Shown in pieces: positions 1 through 9,358 of a stretch of DNA of 64,000 nt. Source of the stretch: an uncultured Verrucomicrobiae bacterium (GTDB taxonomy: Bacteria; Verrucomicrobiota; Verrucomicrobiia; Chthoniobacterales; UBA10450); NCBI GenBank assembly GCA_963786175.1, contig CAWAYD010000008.1:89871-153870 (forward strand). The letters run 5' to 3'. The position numbers and the translations under genes are program-made. The notes under the pieces were generated by a model. That model ran no database searches and was not told the origin of the DNA. It worked only from the letters and a program-made list of their open reading frames with translations. Position 1 is the first letter of the stretch. Each line of letters opens with the position of its first letter.

Positions 1-40
1 CCGGCTGCCATCCCGTTGTCACAAAGGCAGACGACCTGTT

Positions 41-337
41 TTGCCCACACACATGCAACGCAGTATGAAGAATCGATCCGGTAGCATTGCCCCCGCGGTA
101 ACGGAGTGTCGGAAGCCTGCGTCTAAACGAGAGAGATCGCGGAGGTTAAGCAACTCGTTGCGATCAAGCGCAAATTCGCACGAGAGGTCCTCCGATCTGG
201 CGCGTGGCAGGCTTGATCGGACCCAGAGCTTAATTCTGGCGGCGGTGAGATTCTGGGAGTTAAGGCGCGGAATCCCAAGCACCGTTTGGTCGAGTATACA
301 CGATGACCAGCACGACTGGATCACTGAATATCACTGA
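41..337 (+). CDS. small basic hypothetical protein (paralog of ORF 51289..51498)
   Basis: 98-aa Arg/Ser/Lys-rich ORF. Its C-terminal segment GRLDRTQSLILAAVRFWELRRGI matches GRLERTRRLLLAALRVWELKRRV of ORF 51289..51498 at protein level, while the DNA has diverged. No family recognised. A competing antisense ORF lies at 19..324. Confidence 0.3.
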   Translation: MPTHMQRSMKNRSGSIAPAVTECRKPASKRERSRRLSNSLRSSANSHERSSDLARGRLDRTQSLILAAVRFWELRRGIPSTVWSSIHDDQHDWITEYH

Positions 338-404
338 TGGTATGAGAGGAAGTATTTCCCTTGCTAGCGGGAGTTGATCTTTAGAATCGGACAATTTCCA
401 TTGC

Positions 405-824
405 ATGCGTGTAGAGGTGATTAAGGCTTACAAAGCGCAGTACAAAGATCCAATCTCCTTTGAGCGGGGCGTGATTGTGCAGGTGTTGCGCAGCGACTCC
501 GAATTTCCGAACTGGTTCTGGTGTCGTGCGCCATCAGGCAAGGAAGGTTGGGTGCACCAATCCTTCCTGGCTGACACCGCTGCTACCACCAAGACCACTC
601 GACCTTATTCCGCTCGGGAACTCACGGTCAATGGGGGTGAGTTGGGGACAAGGATTGAATCCTTGGACGGTTGGAACATCTCCGGGCAAGCGTCCCGTTC
701 TAGCTACTTATCGCTACAGTTTGCGCGACAACTTCGCTTAGCGGTAATTCCAGATCTTGCCGAAAACGCGACAACCTCGTCACAATTGCGACGGCCTTAT
801 ATCGCTCGGGTAAAGATTTGGTAA
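405..824 (+). CDS. SH3-like domain protein (C-terminus uncertain, possible frameshift)
   Basis: The N-terminus VEVIKAYKAQYKDPISFERGVIVQVL...FWCRAPSGKEGWVHQSFL looks like a bacterial SH3 fold. A second SH3-like half (YSARELTVNGGELGTRIESLDGW) seems to continue in the +1 frame (WTVGTSPGKRPVLATY, ORF 475..741). Confidence 0.45.
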   Translation: MRVEVIKAYKAQYKDPISFERGVIVQVLRSDSEFPNWFWCRAPSGKEGWVHQSFLADTAATTKTTRPYSARELTVNGGELGTRIESLDGWNISGQASRSSYLSLQFARQLRLAVIPDLAENATTSSQLRRPYIARVKIW

Positions 825-1128
825 CACGGGTACTTTCGACTTTTGCATCGGGAGGTTTTGGTTTCCTTACGGTTCTGTTGACGCACTATTACCCCTTCCC
901 CGCCCTAACGAAAATAACACTGAAATCAATGGAAATCGCAGAAAATGAAATTTGGGCATTTTCTGTCCGATGGCATTGCGCCGGGTAAGAAGGTTCAAAT
1001 GGGCCAGGCATTGATGCGGCGAACAGAAGTCGCTAACTGAACAAAATAAGATTCGTAACGATTGGCTGTCGCCTGTATCTCAAATAGTCGCAAGGTCGTT
1101 CGGTTTGCGATCAGCTCGAATCGATTGA

Positions 1129-1560
1129 TTAGGTGGTGGCAGTTTCGTTCTCGGCCCATGGCGAATACTCGCCCAAAGACCAAAGGTACCCTTCAGGGTC
1201 GCGGACGGTGAAAGCCTTGCCGCCATATTCCATCGTCTTCATCTCCATCACCACCTCCGCTTTTGCAGCAAGCGCCTGTGCGTACGCCCGCTCGCAATCC
1301 CCCACGATCAAGTAGAGCGGCGAGGTCACACGTCCGCCAATCTCCGCCGGAGTAACATACAGATGCCGCAGAGGACTCTCGTTGCTCGCCGACCCCAGCA
1401 TTAACATGCCGCTGCCAAATCGCAGCTCAGCGTGACCCACCGTCCCATCCGGGCTGTCATAGACCGCGTGACGTTTGAAACCGAACGCTTGCTCAAGCCA
1501 CGCAATCGCTGCATGTGCGTCCTTGTATCGCAGGCTTGGCAGCAAAACCGACCCATTCAT
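1129..1560 (-). CDS. VOC (glyoxalase/bleomycin-resistance/PhnB-like) family protein
   Basis: From the internal ATG at 1560: MNGSVLLPSLRYKDAHAAIAWLEQAFGFKRHAVYDSPDGTVGHAELRFGSGMLMLG...KAFTVRDPEGYLWSLGEY, a typical VOC fold. The ORF-track version (to 1941) adds 127 aa of unsupported N-terminal sequence. Confidence 0.8.
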   Translation of the reverse strand: MNGSVLLPSLRYKDAHAAIAWLEQAFGFKRHAVYDSPDGTVGHAELRFGSGMLMLGSASNESPLRHLYVTPAEIGGRVTSPLYLIVGDCERAYAQALAAKAEVVMEMKTMEYGGKAFTVRDPEGYLWSLGEYSPWAENETATT

Positions 1561-2046
1561 CGGACTGTTCCTTTTCGTATCATCAGCCAGAGAATTCAGC
1601 TTAGTCGCCGTTTCACAATCCGACAACACGCATCCGCGAGTTTCGCTCGCCGAATTATCTTCACTTGATAGAAAACTGCTGGCATGGAGGTGAGGGATGT
1701 CCTCGGGTGCGCTGCCATGGATAACCCGGCGAAGTGACAATCGCAATGCCTGCATCCGTACTCGCGCAGGTGCAGTTGATGTCACGGCTTGCCAGTCCGT
1801 TCCATTCAACGCGTTCGCTGATCCGAGCGAGCCGCCGCTGGTCGCCGTATTAGGGGCTGATGGATAAAAGTTGATAGTCAGAACTTGCGTGTCCCAATCG
1901 TCCGTCGAAAGTGGCCAGTCATGACTGAATACGATTGACATATGTCATAACGAGCCGCACTAAAGCTTGCGCATGAAACGCCTATTCGATTAGCCTTGGT
2001 TACAGCAAGCCTGAAGCGTGAAAAAGAACGACCGGACAAGTCTGCA

Positions 2047-2502
2047 ATGACCATTCAAACCGAAGAAGCGAATCAACAATCGGCTGATGTCGTCGTACGT
2101 GGCGACGCCAACGGATTTTTACAGGAAGTTGTCAGTGGTAAACATCATTTGCGCGCGGATGAACCAATAAGCGTCGGAGGCAATGATGCTGCGCCAGGCC
2201 CCTATGATTATCTGCTGATCGCGTTGGGTGTTTGCACGTCCATGACGGTCGGCTTTTATGCCCGCCGGAAACGCATACCGCTGGAAAACATCACCGTCTC
2301 GCTCTCGCATGCGCGTATTCACGCGAAAGACTGTGAGGAATGCGAAACGAAGGAAGGGATGCTCGATCGGATCGACGCGCGTATTGAGTTGACCGGATCA
2401 ATAACACCGGAACAACGCGCTCAACTGCTGGAAATCGCCGCCAAATGCCCGGTCCACCGCACCCTCAAATCCGAGATAAACATTCGGTTACTCGCGGACT
2501 GA
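2047..2502 (+). CDS. OsmC/Ohr family peroxiredoxin-like protein
   Basis: GGNDAAPGPYDYLLIALGVCTSMTV...AAKCPVHRTLKSEINIRL carries the two conserved Cys regions of OsmC. ATG at 2047; the track ORF starts at an alternative codon at 1996. Confidence 0.85.
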   Translation: MTIQTEEANQQSADVVVRGDANGFLQEVVSGKHHLRADEPISVGGNDAAPGPYDYLLIALGVCTSMTVGFYARRKRIPLENITVSLSHARIHAKDCEECETKEGMLDRIDARIELTGSITPEQRAQLLEIAAKCPVHRTLKSEINIRLLAD

Positions 2503-2731
2503 GACCTTGGATCGCGCGCGCTAATAAATTGTCAGCGCCGAGATTTTGTGACTCTCAATAGGAAGGTGATCATCGGAGCCACTGAGCTAAAGCGAGTCAC
2601 CGTCTCACCACCGGCCGAAGCGTGGCCAACATTGCCGCGTAACTAGCGCCCTACCCTTACTCCATCGTTAGCCACACTTGGAGGGGCAGCTTGCATCTGC
2701 TTATCCGCTTGTTTCACTCCTGTCTATGAAG

Positions 2732-3487
2732 TTATCTTGGTGGCGTCGGCGAAACGGCCGATGATATCAGTATATTCTCTGTCAGAACAATATCATTCCT
2801 GTCGACCTTGTAGGACGCGAATGAACCCGGCGACCCATGGTATCCTTCATCTGGGTATTCCGCCGAATAGCTCGCATATCCGCTCCCGACGCCGCTGCTT
2901 TCCGGTGGAAACGTCCAATCTTCGTTGAGATGATCGTTTGCTACCGCCAGAACCGTCTCCGTCCAGTGTTTGATCATAAGAGGCTTGTAAACAGTGAGAA
3001 AAAAACGCTCTTGCTCTGGTGGTTTTGGCATCGAGAGAAAAATGAGGAAAAAAACAACAAACGCGATGGAGACCATCGCGAGACCGCGTTTCTCGCTGGA
3101 TTTGGTCTGTGAGATGGCGACCATTGCGGCTATCGCGACTAGGAGAAGACTCATGATCGTAAGAGTGATCTCACGAGGGAGCTCTTCCTCCGCTTCAGTG
3201 TAGAGAAGGTCAACTTGTCGGTCCGGCATGTAGCGCGGATCCAATGGGATGCGGTGGTAGGATGTAGTGATAAATAGCGGAGGTCCTCGTCGGTCGGAGA
3301 TGATCGTTTGTGCGCCTGCCGGGCTGCAAAAGAAGCCAACTGCCGTTGCGGTTACCATTAGGGTTGCGAGAAGGGTCATTGTTCCGCCTGGTTCGACGGG
3401 AAATCTTGCGGCCCGCCAAGGTGATTGGCAATTCACAAACCGTTCGACAATGTGAACTTTGGGTGAACTTGACTTCTTTCGCTTCAC
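2732..3487 (-). CDS. hypothetical membrane protein
   Basis: 251-aa ORF with a signal-like segment (MTLLATLMVTATAVGFFCSPAGAQ; alternative start at 3379) and two hydrophobic helices (ITLTIMSLLLVAIAAMVAI, LAMVSIAFVVFFLIFL). No family recognised. Confidence 0.45.
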   Translation of the reverse strand: MKRKKSSSPKVHIVERFVNCQSPWRAARFPVEPGGTMTLLATLMVTATAVGFFCSPAGAQTIISDRRGPPLFITTSYHRIPLDPRYMPDRQVDLLYTEAEEELPREITLTIMSLLLVAIAAMVAISQTKSSEKRGLAMVSIAFVVFFLIFLSMPKPPEQERFFLTVYKPLMIKHWTETVLAVANDHLNEDWTFPPESSGVGSGYASYSAEYPDEGYHGSPGSFASYKVDRNDIVLTENILISSAVSPTPPR

Positions 3488-3552
3488 TCGTTAGCCCCGG
3501 CCAGGCGGAGGCGGTCACGCTTACAACAACTCATAAAAGGCATCCGGTAGGC

Positions 3553-3771
3553 TCAGGTGCTGCCGTAGTCAGCGCTCACAAACCACATTGGCAAGCGAAA
3601 AATGCAACCAGAGGAATTCATCTGGTTCAGGCGCAGCCAAGAACTCAGCCACCACTTCGAAGTGATTGGCGATGCTGGGTGGCTTGGGACAAAATGATAG
3701 CCCCAGATAAGTCCATGCTGATCTGACCCGTAGGTAGAATCAATACCTTGCATCATTGCTCGCGCGGTCAT
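3553..3771 (-). pseudogene. possible N-terminal remnant of a CorA/ZntB-type metal transporter
   Basis: The 72-aa ORF contains YGSDQHGLIWGYHFVPSHPASPI...WLRLNQMNSS, which resembles CorA/ZntB N-termini. There are no transmembrane or GMN parts. It sits in a roughly 600-nt gene-poor stretch (3488..4100). Confidence 0.25.
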
Positions 3772-4100
3772 CCGGCACGTTCAGAATCGGCAGTCGCAGC
3801 GTCAACCGGAGTTACGGGCAGTCCGCCTTCGTTGCAGAATTGTTACAATTGCGCTTTCGCCAATCGGCTCTCGGTTGATTAGGAACATGGTAACTATGGA
3901 CCTATTGGCGGACATATCATCCTCAGGACCAACCACCATCACCTGGATCTTCCTTTTCGTCGCGCTGGCGTTGGCGCTCCCGGACCCGCCGATTCGCCCT
4001 GATCGCTAAGTCGCGTCACTGTTACTGATCTTTAGTATTGCAGCGAGATTGATAATTTACTAAATCGCTACGCGACAGTCACCGCGATGTCATAAAGCTC

Positions 4101-4706
4101 ATGTCCGTTGGGTTCATGAGCATCGAATCTTTCGACCGAGCATCCACAAAGCGCACTTCGTCCGTCCAATCGTCGCAGCTTAGCCAGGCAGAGCCTGCGA
4201 GAATAGCCGCGTCATTGGATGATTGGCGTCCTGGTAGCAACCCGCAGAAGCAAAAGCGGCGGAAGCCCCTTGGTGGCTTTGCAGATGCGCAAAAGGAAAG
4301 GCTCCTTCAATTGCGCACCACCCTGACAAATTCGATGAATCTGGTGGCAGAAGATGCGCGCCCCGGATGCGGCGACGCTTCTGCCCTGGCCACACACCCG
4401 GGCGATGCCGGGACTGATACCTGCGATCGCGACCTGGCTCTTTGTCTTCTCTACCAGGAACAGAATACCCTTTTGGAAATAGATGAGGCCCTGCAGCGCA
4501 TTGAAGAGGGCACCTACGGCATTTGCGAGATGTCGGGCAAACCTATTCCCATCCCGCGGCTCGAGGCGATTCCATTCGCTCGTTGCACAGTCGAATGCCA
4601 GGCCCAGCTCGAAAAACAAGGCGTCCTTGGACGGAAATCGCTGTCCTCGTCCTTGTCTCTGGCAGAAAAAGAGGAGGACGATGAAGACGCAGAGGATTCG
4701 TTCTAG
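4101..4706 (+). CDS. DksA/TraR-family zinc-finger protein with long N-terminal extension
   Basis: C-terminal half: LLEIDEALQRIEEGTYGICEMSGKPIPIPRLEAIPFARCTVECQ, i.e. a DksA/TraR C4-type region that is partly degenerate. The tail is acidic. Confidence 0.7.
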   Translation: MSVGFMSIESFDRASTKRTSSVQSSQLSQAEPARIAASLDDWRPGSNPQKQKRRKPLGGFADAQKERLLQLRTTLTNSMNLVAEDARPGCGDASALATHPGDAGTDTCDRDLALCLLYQEQNTLLEIDEALQRIEEGTYGICEMSGKPIPIPRLEAIPFARCTVECQAQLEKQGVLGRKSLSSSLSLAEKEEDDEDAEDSF

Positions 4707-4991
4707 CGGCGCGTAGCGCTTCTCTTCGACCATGCCACACGACTTATTGTCCAAAGTCTTTCCTATCTGATAACGCGGGTCACTTAGAATCCCTCGAATC
4801 AACCCTTGCCACTCGCGACGCGCGAAAGTTGCACCTGTCGATGATCGGACACAATCGGTCGCCTAAATGTAACAAAAGACTCATCGACGCCCAGACTGAC
4901 TTCGGCTACTTCGAGTTTGTGCGACCGCGAAAGCCGAATTCGCGCCGCTCTAACTCTCCGTTCGCTCCGCCACGCATCGTAATTCCGAGAC

Positions 4992-6638
4992 ATGAGAACG
5001 ATCAAATTCCTAGCTGCCAGCATCTCTTCCGCCGCCTTGCTTCTATCCTCGATCACCATCGAGGGAGATTGCCCCAGTAACGGTATTCCAGCCACCTACG
5101 TCGATCGCGATTGTTGGATCGGCTTTCGTGCCTTAAACGATCCGGGCTCGACCATCGATTATCTGGTCAAAATCGGGTCGGCCAGCCAGTTCGAAGCAGG
5201 CGGTTCGTGTGTTGGTGGCTGTACTTTGGACCTCGGAAACATCGCCGCCGACCTGGCTTGTCAATATGGGGACGGATGGTACGCGCGTAACGACATCTTC
5301 TGGGCAGTTATTGGCGTGGATTACGGCGGATCCCTCGAGCCGGAAGACACTCTTTTCTCGAGCAATCCTGATGCGATTGCCTACTCCACAGATGCCCCCG
5401 CCGCCCAAGGCATTGCAGCCAACCTCATCGAGTCAATGGCCGGAGCATATTTTGGGCTACCAACGACATTGAATAGCAATCAGCTTGGGATCTTCCAAGA
5501 CATCTCTCAAATTGGAAATAACTATGCCTCTTTCCAACCCGGCGGGGTAAACTCCAACGGGATTAGTTTTTCATTTTTTGACCCGCCAAACGAAGGAACG
5601 CCGGGCCAAATCCTGTATATTAACCGATTGATACCGTCGACGGGGCAAACGCATCCCCCGGGAGACGTTCTTGGCTGGTTCCAATTGACTTCTGGCGGGC
5701 AGCTCGCTTTTCAGCCCGCTTCCGTCCCGACACCCTCGCCAACACCAACACCCACCGCCACCCCGACTCCGACGCCAACCGTTTCTCCCACAGTAACAGT
5801 CACTCCTACCCCGACCGCCACACCGTCTACGACTCCGACCGCGACTCCAACTCCCACCCCTACCGTCACTCCACCGACAGGCGCGCTGGGCAACATATCC
5901 ACCCGCGCCCTCGTCGATACGGGCGACAACGTTCTCATTGGTGGCTTTATTATTTCCGGCACGGTGCCTAAAAACGTGATTGTCCGCGCGATTGGTCCGT
6001 CGTTGCCCCTGAGCGGTCCGCTCCTGGATCCCACCCTTGATCTTTACAATTCGTCCGGGCAAATCATCGCTTCGAACGATAACTGGAAGGACGAACCAAA
6101 TGAGCAGGATATCGTCAATAGCCAGCTGGCCCCCACTAACGACAAGGAATCGGCCATCCTGATGATTTTGAGTCCCGGGGCTTACACCGGAATTGTGAGC
6201 GGAATCAATAACAGCACCGGTATAGCCTTGGTCGAGGTATACGACCTCGACGTGGCGGGTGACGCCCGGCTGGTGAATGTGTCGACGCGAAGCTTTGTGG
6301 AGTCAGGCGACAACGTCATGATCGGTGGGCTCATCGTCGTGGGCGGCACCCCGCAAAAAGTACTGGTGCGCGGGCTTGGACCGTCGCTCCCGGTGGCTGG
6401 GAGCCTGCCGGATCCGATTGTCAACTTATACGATGGTCAAGGTGCGCTTATCGGCTCGAATGACAATTGGCGAGACACCCAGGAAGCGGAAATAACTGCC
6501 ACAACTCTCGCGCCAGTAAATGATGCTGAGTCCGCTCTCATTCAAACGCTCGCACCGGGCGCCTATACGGCCATTGTGCAGGGGAAGAACGGGGCCAGCG
6601 GCGTGGGTTTGGTCGAGTTTTACACGTTAGCTCAATAA
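4992..6638 (+). CDS. secreted protein: N-terminal domain, Pro/Thr linker, two tandem ~120-aa C-terminal domains
   Basis: Signal peptide MRTIKFLAASISSAALLLSS. PT linker at aa 245-296. The two repeats are aa 299-419 and 427-546 (NxSTRxxVxxGDNVxIGGxIxxG...RGxGPSLP...DPxxxLY...NDNW...APGAYTxIV...GxxLVExY). Confidence 0.75.
   Translation: MRTIKFLAASISSAALLLSSITIEGDCPSNGIPATYVDRDCWIGFRALNDPGSTIDYLVKIGSASQFEAGGSCVGGCTLDLGNIAADLACQYGDGWYARNDIFWAVIGVDYGGSLEPEDTLFSSNPDAIAYSTDAPAAQGIAANLIESMAGAYFGLPTTLNSNQLGIFQDISQIGNNYASFQPGGVNSNGISFSFFDPPNEGTPGQILYINRLIPSTGQTHPPGDVLGWFQLTSGGQLAFQPASVPTPSPTPTPTATPTPTPTVSPTVTVTPTPTATPSTTPTATPTPTPTVTPPTGALGNISTRALVDTGDNVLIGGFIISGTVPKNVIVRAIGPSLPLSGPLLDPTLDLYNSSGQIIASNDNWKDEPNEQDIVNSQLAPTNDKESAILMILSPGAYTGIVSGINNSTGIALVEVYDLDVAGDARLVNVSTRSFVESGDNVMIGGLIVVGGTPQKVLVRGLGPSLPVAGSLPDPIVNLYDGQGALIGSNDNWRDTQEAEITATTLAPVNDAESALIQTLAPGAYTAIVQGKNGASGVGLVEFYTLAQ
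5724..5879 (+). repeat. low-complexity Pro/Thr-rich linker coding repeat
   Basis: VPTPSPTPTPTATPTPTPTVSPTVTVTPTPTATPSTTPTATPTPTPTVTPPT, encoded by degenerate ACN/CCN repeats. Confidence 0.85.
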
Positions 6639-6867
6639 GTTCGGCTTGGGTGACTTCCCCCGCTCCAGTCGTAGAAGGTGGTTAGTTAGAGCTAAATCCT
6701 GCTCTCGTTACACGCTTAGTCACATAACTGTGACTTTCGGTGCCCCAAACGTTACAATTTTCCCGTCGCACTGCCCAGGCCGGGTTAGTACAATGTCCCG
6801 TAGTCAGGTGGCAATCAGCCACCCTCAGGAACTCAACGAAACCACTACAGCAGCATCTAGACTTCGC

Positions 6868-8103
6868 ATGAAACTAATCAAACTAATGACAGGCAGTATC
6901 CTTGCCCTCGCTCTTGTCGGAGCGGCGCAAGCGGCAACCGAAATGCGGATAACTGGCTCTACGGCCTTCCGCAGTAACACCCACACCGCGATTCAAAATA
7001 TATTCGATGCCGGCACGGTCACCTTTGCCTACCTCGATAACGCCAACGGTACAGCTACCATCAGCAATACCAGTGCCGCGATTTTCAAAGGTAACATTGG
7101 CGGCGTTGCCACCACGATCAAGAGCCACTGGTCGGGCTCGGAAGGCGGTATTCAAACCGTGGCCGGTGCACCCAACTTCACCGTCAGCTACTTTGACGAT
7201 AGCACCAGCACTCTGCCTCCTCCAGGCAACAAGCTCCCCAACGGAACCGCTCTGACCGATAACTCTGTTCCTGACGTGGCGATGGCGGACACGTTTCAGG
7301 CAACGTCGATTTTTCACGGCACGGTCAATGGAATAACCTACGCGACTCTTAACAAGCAAAAGAAGACCGCCGGACTTCCTGCCGGACAAATCGTGGGCGT
7401 GGTCCAGTTCGAGTTTGTTGCCAGCAACAGCGCACCCGGCGGTCTCGCCAACATGACCTCGCAAAACGCACGTGACCTTTGGGCTAACGGCCACATGGCC
7501 CTCTCGCTCCTTACGGGAGTTAGCGGTGACGAAACCTTTACGGTTTACGCCGCAGGTCGCGATATCGATTCCGGAACGCGCCTGAGTACGTTTGCCGAGA
7601 CAGGACTTGGTGCATTGGCGACGGTGAAGCAATACGAACCGCTGAAAGGCGGAGTGCGCGCGAACACCTGCTGCGGAGCGCTCGATGCGCCGCCCTACAC
7701 GCTTGAGCCACCAGCCACCATTAATGGGATTAGTGAACCTCTTGGCGACGGCGGCTACAGCAGCGGCGGCGATCTCGCCAATGCCGTCTCGAATACCACG
7801 TCTGGCAGCACTTGCTTCGCGACCTATCTGGGCTTGAGCGACGCAGGCACCGCCATCGGCAACGGCGCCCATGCCCTCACCTACAATGGAATCCCCTACA
7901 GCGTAACTGCCGTCCAAGAAGGCCAGTATACCTTCTGGGGATACGAGCACCTCTTTTACCGCGATACCACTGTAACTACCATTAAGAGCGTCGCCGACAA
8001 GCTTGCCCTGCAAATCTTCAATACGGATGCGCCCGCGCCGCATTACAATGCGATGAAGGTCACCCGGAAAACAGACGGCGCCGTCGTCACACAGAACTTC
8101 TAA
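6868..8103 (+). CDS. secreted periplasmic-binding-protein-like (PstS-like fold) protein
   Basis: ATG at 6868 gives the signal peptide MKLIKLMTGSILALALVGAAQA. Then ITGSTAFRSN...HWSGSEGGIQ...VAMADTF...RDIDSGTRLSTFAETG, a pattern reminiscent of PBP-like substrate-binding domains. The antisense ORF 6883..8133 is rejected. Confidence 0.6.
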   Translation: MKLIKLMTGSILALALVGAAQAATEMRITGSTAFRSNTHTAIQNIFDAGTVTFAYLDNANGTATISNTSAAIFKGNIGGVATTIKSHWSGSEGGIQTVAGAPNFTVSYFDDSTSTLPPPGNKLPNGTALTDNSVPDVAMADTFQATSIFHGTVNGITYATLNKQKKTAGLPAGQIVGVVQFEFVASNSAPGGLANMTSQNARDLWANGHMALSLLTGVSGDETFTVYAAGRDIDSGTRLSTFAETGLGALATVKQYEPLKGGVRANTCCGALDAPPYTLEPPATINGISEPLGDGGYSSGGDLANAVSNTTSGSTCFATYLGLSDAGTAIGNGAHALTYNGIPYSVTAVQEGQYTFWGYEHLFYRDTTVTTIKSVADKLALQIFNTDAPAPHYNAMKVTRKTDGAVVTQNF

Positions 8104-8208
8104 GAGTCCAGAAAACGAGAACGTCCCAATCAAATTCGATTTGATGGCCTACGCCTGGTGCGGATCGCGAGATCCGCACCAGTTTTGGCTTCAAGGGATA
8201 CCTATCTC

Positions 8209-8760
8209 ATGAGCGTTACAAAGTTAGAGGTGATTCTCTCGGCGTTGCTCGTCCTGATTGTCTGTGAGGCGGGCTATTATCTGCCTGGGTTTCTCGCCTC
8301 TTACGTCGAAGGACCCTACATCCCTCCCGTTGCCTCCAGCACGCCCGCGAAGGTGATTGCCGACATAAGACCGCCTGCCTATTCCCGCACAACGAAAGCT
8401 CAGACAACGATTCAACCGACTCAGCGGGAGAGTAAAAAGGTAGAGACGGTGCTGCAAGATCCTGGTCCTTCTGAAGACACCAGAGCGGAAGAGATCGGTG
8501 AGGCCACGATTCCACTTGTGTTAGTCGATCCGCCAAATGGGCTGTTAACATCTCAGGAACAGGTGGCCGCATTTGACATGCTCCGCCAGGAGTTCGCGGA
8601 CTCGTTGTCCGCTTTCGCCCAGGATCCCAGCACGCCTGAGTACCGGCGTCGATGGGAAGAAGCTCAGCAGACATTCGACGAAGAATTTGGAATCTTGTTT
8701 GGTGTGGAAGCCTACAATCAGCAGCAGAATGTAGTCATGAGTGCTGCAATGCAGCCTTAG
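8209..8760 (+). CDS. hypothetical membrane-anchored protein
   Basis: MSVTKLEVILSALLVLIVCEAGYYLPGFL forms a single N-terminal helix. The rest is hydrophilic. No family recognised. Confidence 0.4.
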   Translation: MSVTKLEVILSALLVLIVCEAGYYLPGFLASYVEGPYIPPVASSTPAKVIADIRPPAYSRTTKAQTTIQPTQRESKKVETVLQDPGPSEDTRAEEIGEATIPLVLVDPPNGLLTSQEQVAAFDMLRQEFADSLSAFAQDPSTPEYRRRWEEAQQTFDEEFGILFGVEAYNQQQNVVMSAAMQP

Positions 8761-9358
8761 CTAATAGTTGGCTGCCAGCTCGGCGCCGTGCTTCCGAGCA
8801 GGGCAAGATGCGACTTATGACCTCGGCCAAGGCGGCTGGCTCCGATCGAGCGAAAGTGAGTTAGTACCTTAGTTTTCCCAACTTGCCCTATCGCTGACTC
8901 CGGCGCGGAAAACTGGCAGCGAGCTTGCTGCCTATTTTGCCTGCCGGCTCCGGCGTTAAAGACAAAAGGCAATGCATCCTCTTCTCCGTTCGATAAGGTG
9001 GCAACCCGGCAGCGTCCCCAATCCTAACGTAGCGCCGAAGCATCTGGTGCCAGAGAAGATGCTGGTCGAAAGGCCGCCATTTCTCCGGGCAAGCCGCGAG
9101 GTCTGCGCATGATCGCTTAGCCGCGAAAGATAGAATCCTCTCACGCTCTACAAGCCGCAAAGGCTCCGGATTATCGTGACTTGGCGGTCTGGTTCGCGAT
9201 CTGCGGAACAGCGGCAAGAGCCGGCCGGCGGGAAACTCTTTTCAAATTAAGACACTACTGACAAGGCCGGATTCAAGTAAGAGCGCCGCGTCTGGATTAA
9301 ACATCTCGTAGACTTACTTCCCTCGCGCTTTTGGAAGGTAATGTGGGATAAGACCCAT

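Noticed and set aside
1561-1941. 127-aa N-terminal extension of the VOC-family ORF.
   Set aside because: The VOC fold starts at the internal ATG (1560). The extension has no family resemblance. It may be non-coding or an unrelated small ORF, so it is not called.
2579-2589. tRNA-like D-arm string TAGCTCAGTGG (minus strand), with a 7-bp GTGACTC/GAGTCAC stem around it, in the OsmC downstream spacer.
   Set aside because: The stem encloses only 39 nt. There is no matching D-stem closure, anticodon arm or T-arm (no GTTCGAATC-like box). It is not a tRNA or a convincing att remnant.
5724-5879. Periodic ACN/CCN DNA that might be mistaken for a repeat array or CRISPR.
   Set aside because: It is in frame inside a secreted protein and encodes a Pro/Thr linker. 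There is no repeat-spacer architecture.
6883-8133. Long antisense ORFs opposite well-supported genes: 6883..8133, 16668..17237, 33486..34103, 34125..34730, 34922..35668, 36045..36689, 44302..44943, 54472..55332, 61541..62533.
   Set aside because: They are Arg/Gly/Val-rich with no recognisable motifs. Each lies opposite a gene with clear family signatures or a signal peptide. This is the usual artefact of GC-rich DNA.
8757-9358. Looked for a CDI-type toxin tip, an immunity gene or orphan modules downstream of tpsA (ORFs 8888..9217 and 8757..8972, minus strand).
   Set aside because: TpsA has no VENN or pretoxin motif and ends in an acidic tail. The small ORFs have no recognisable features and poor coding appearance.
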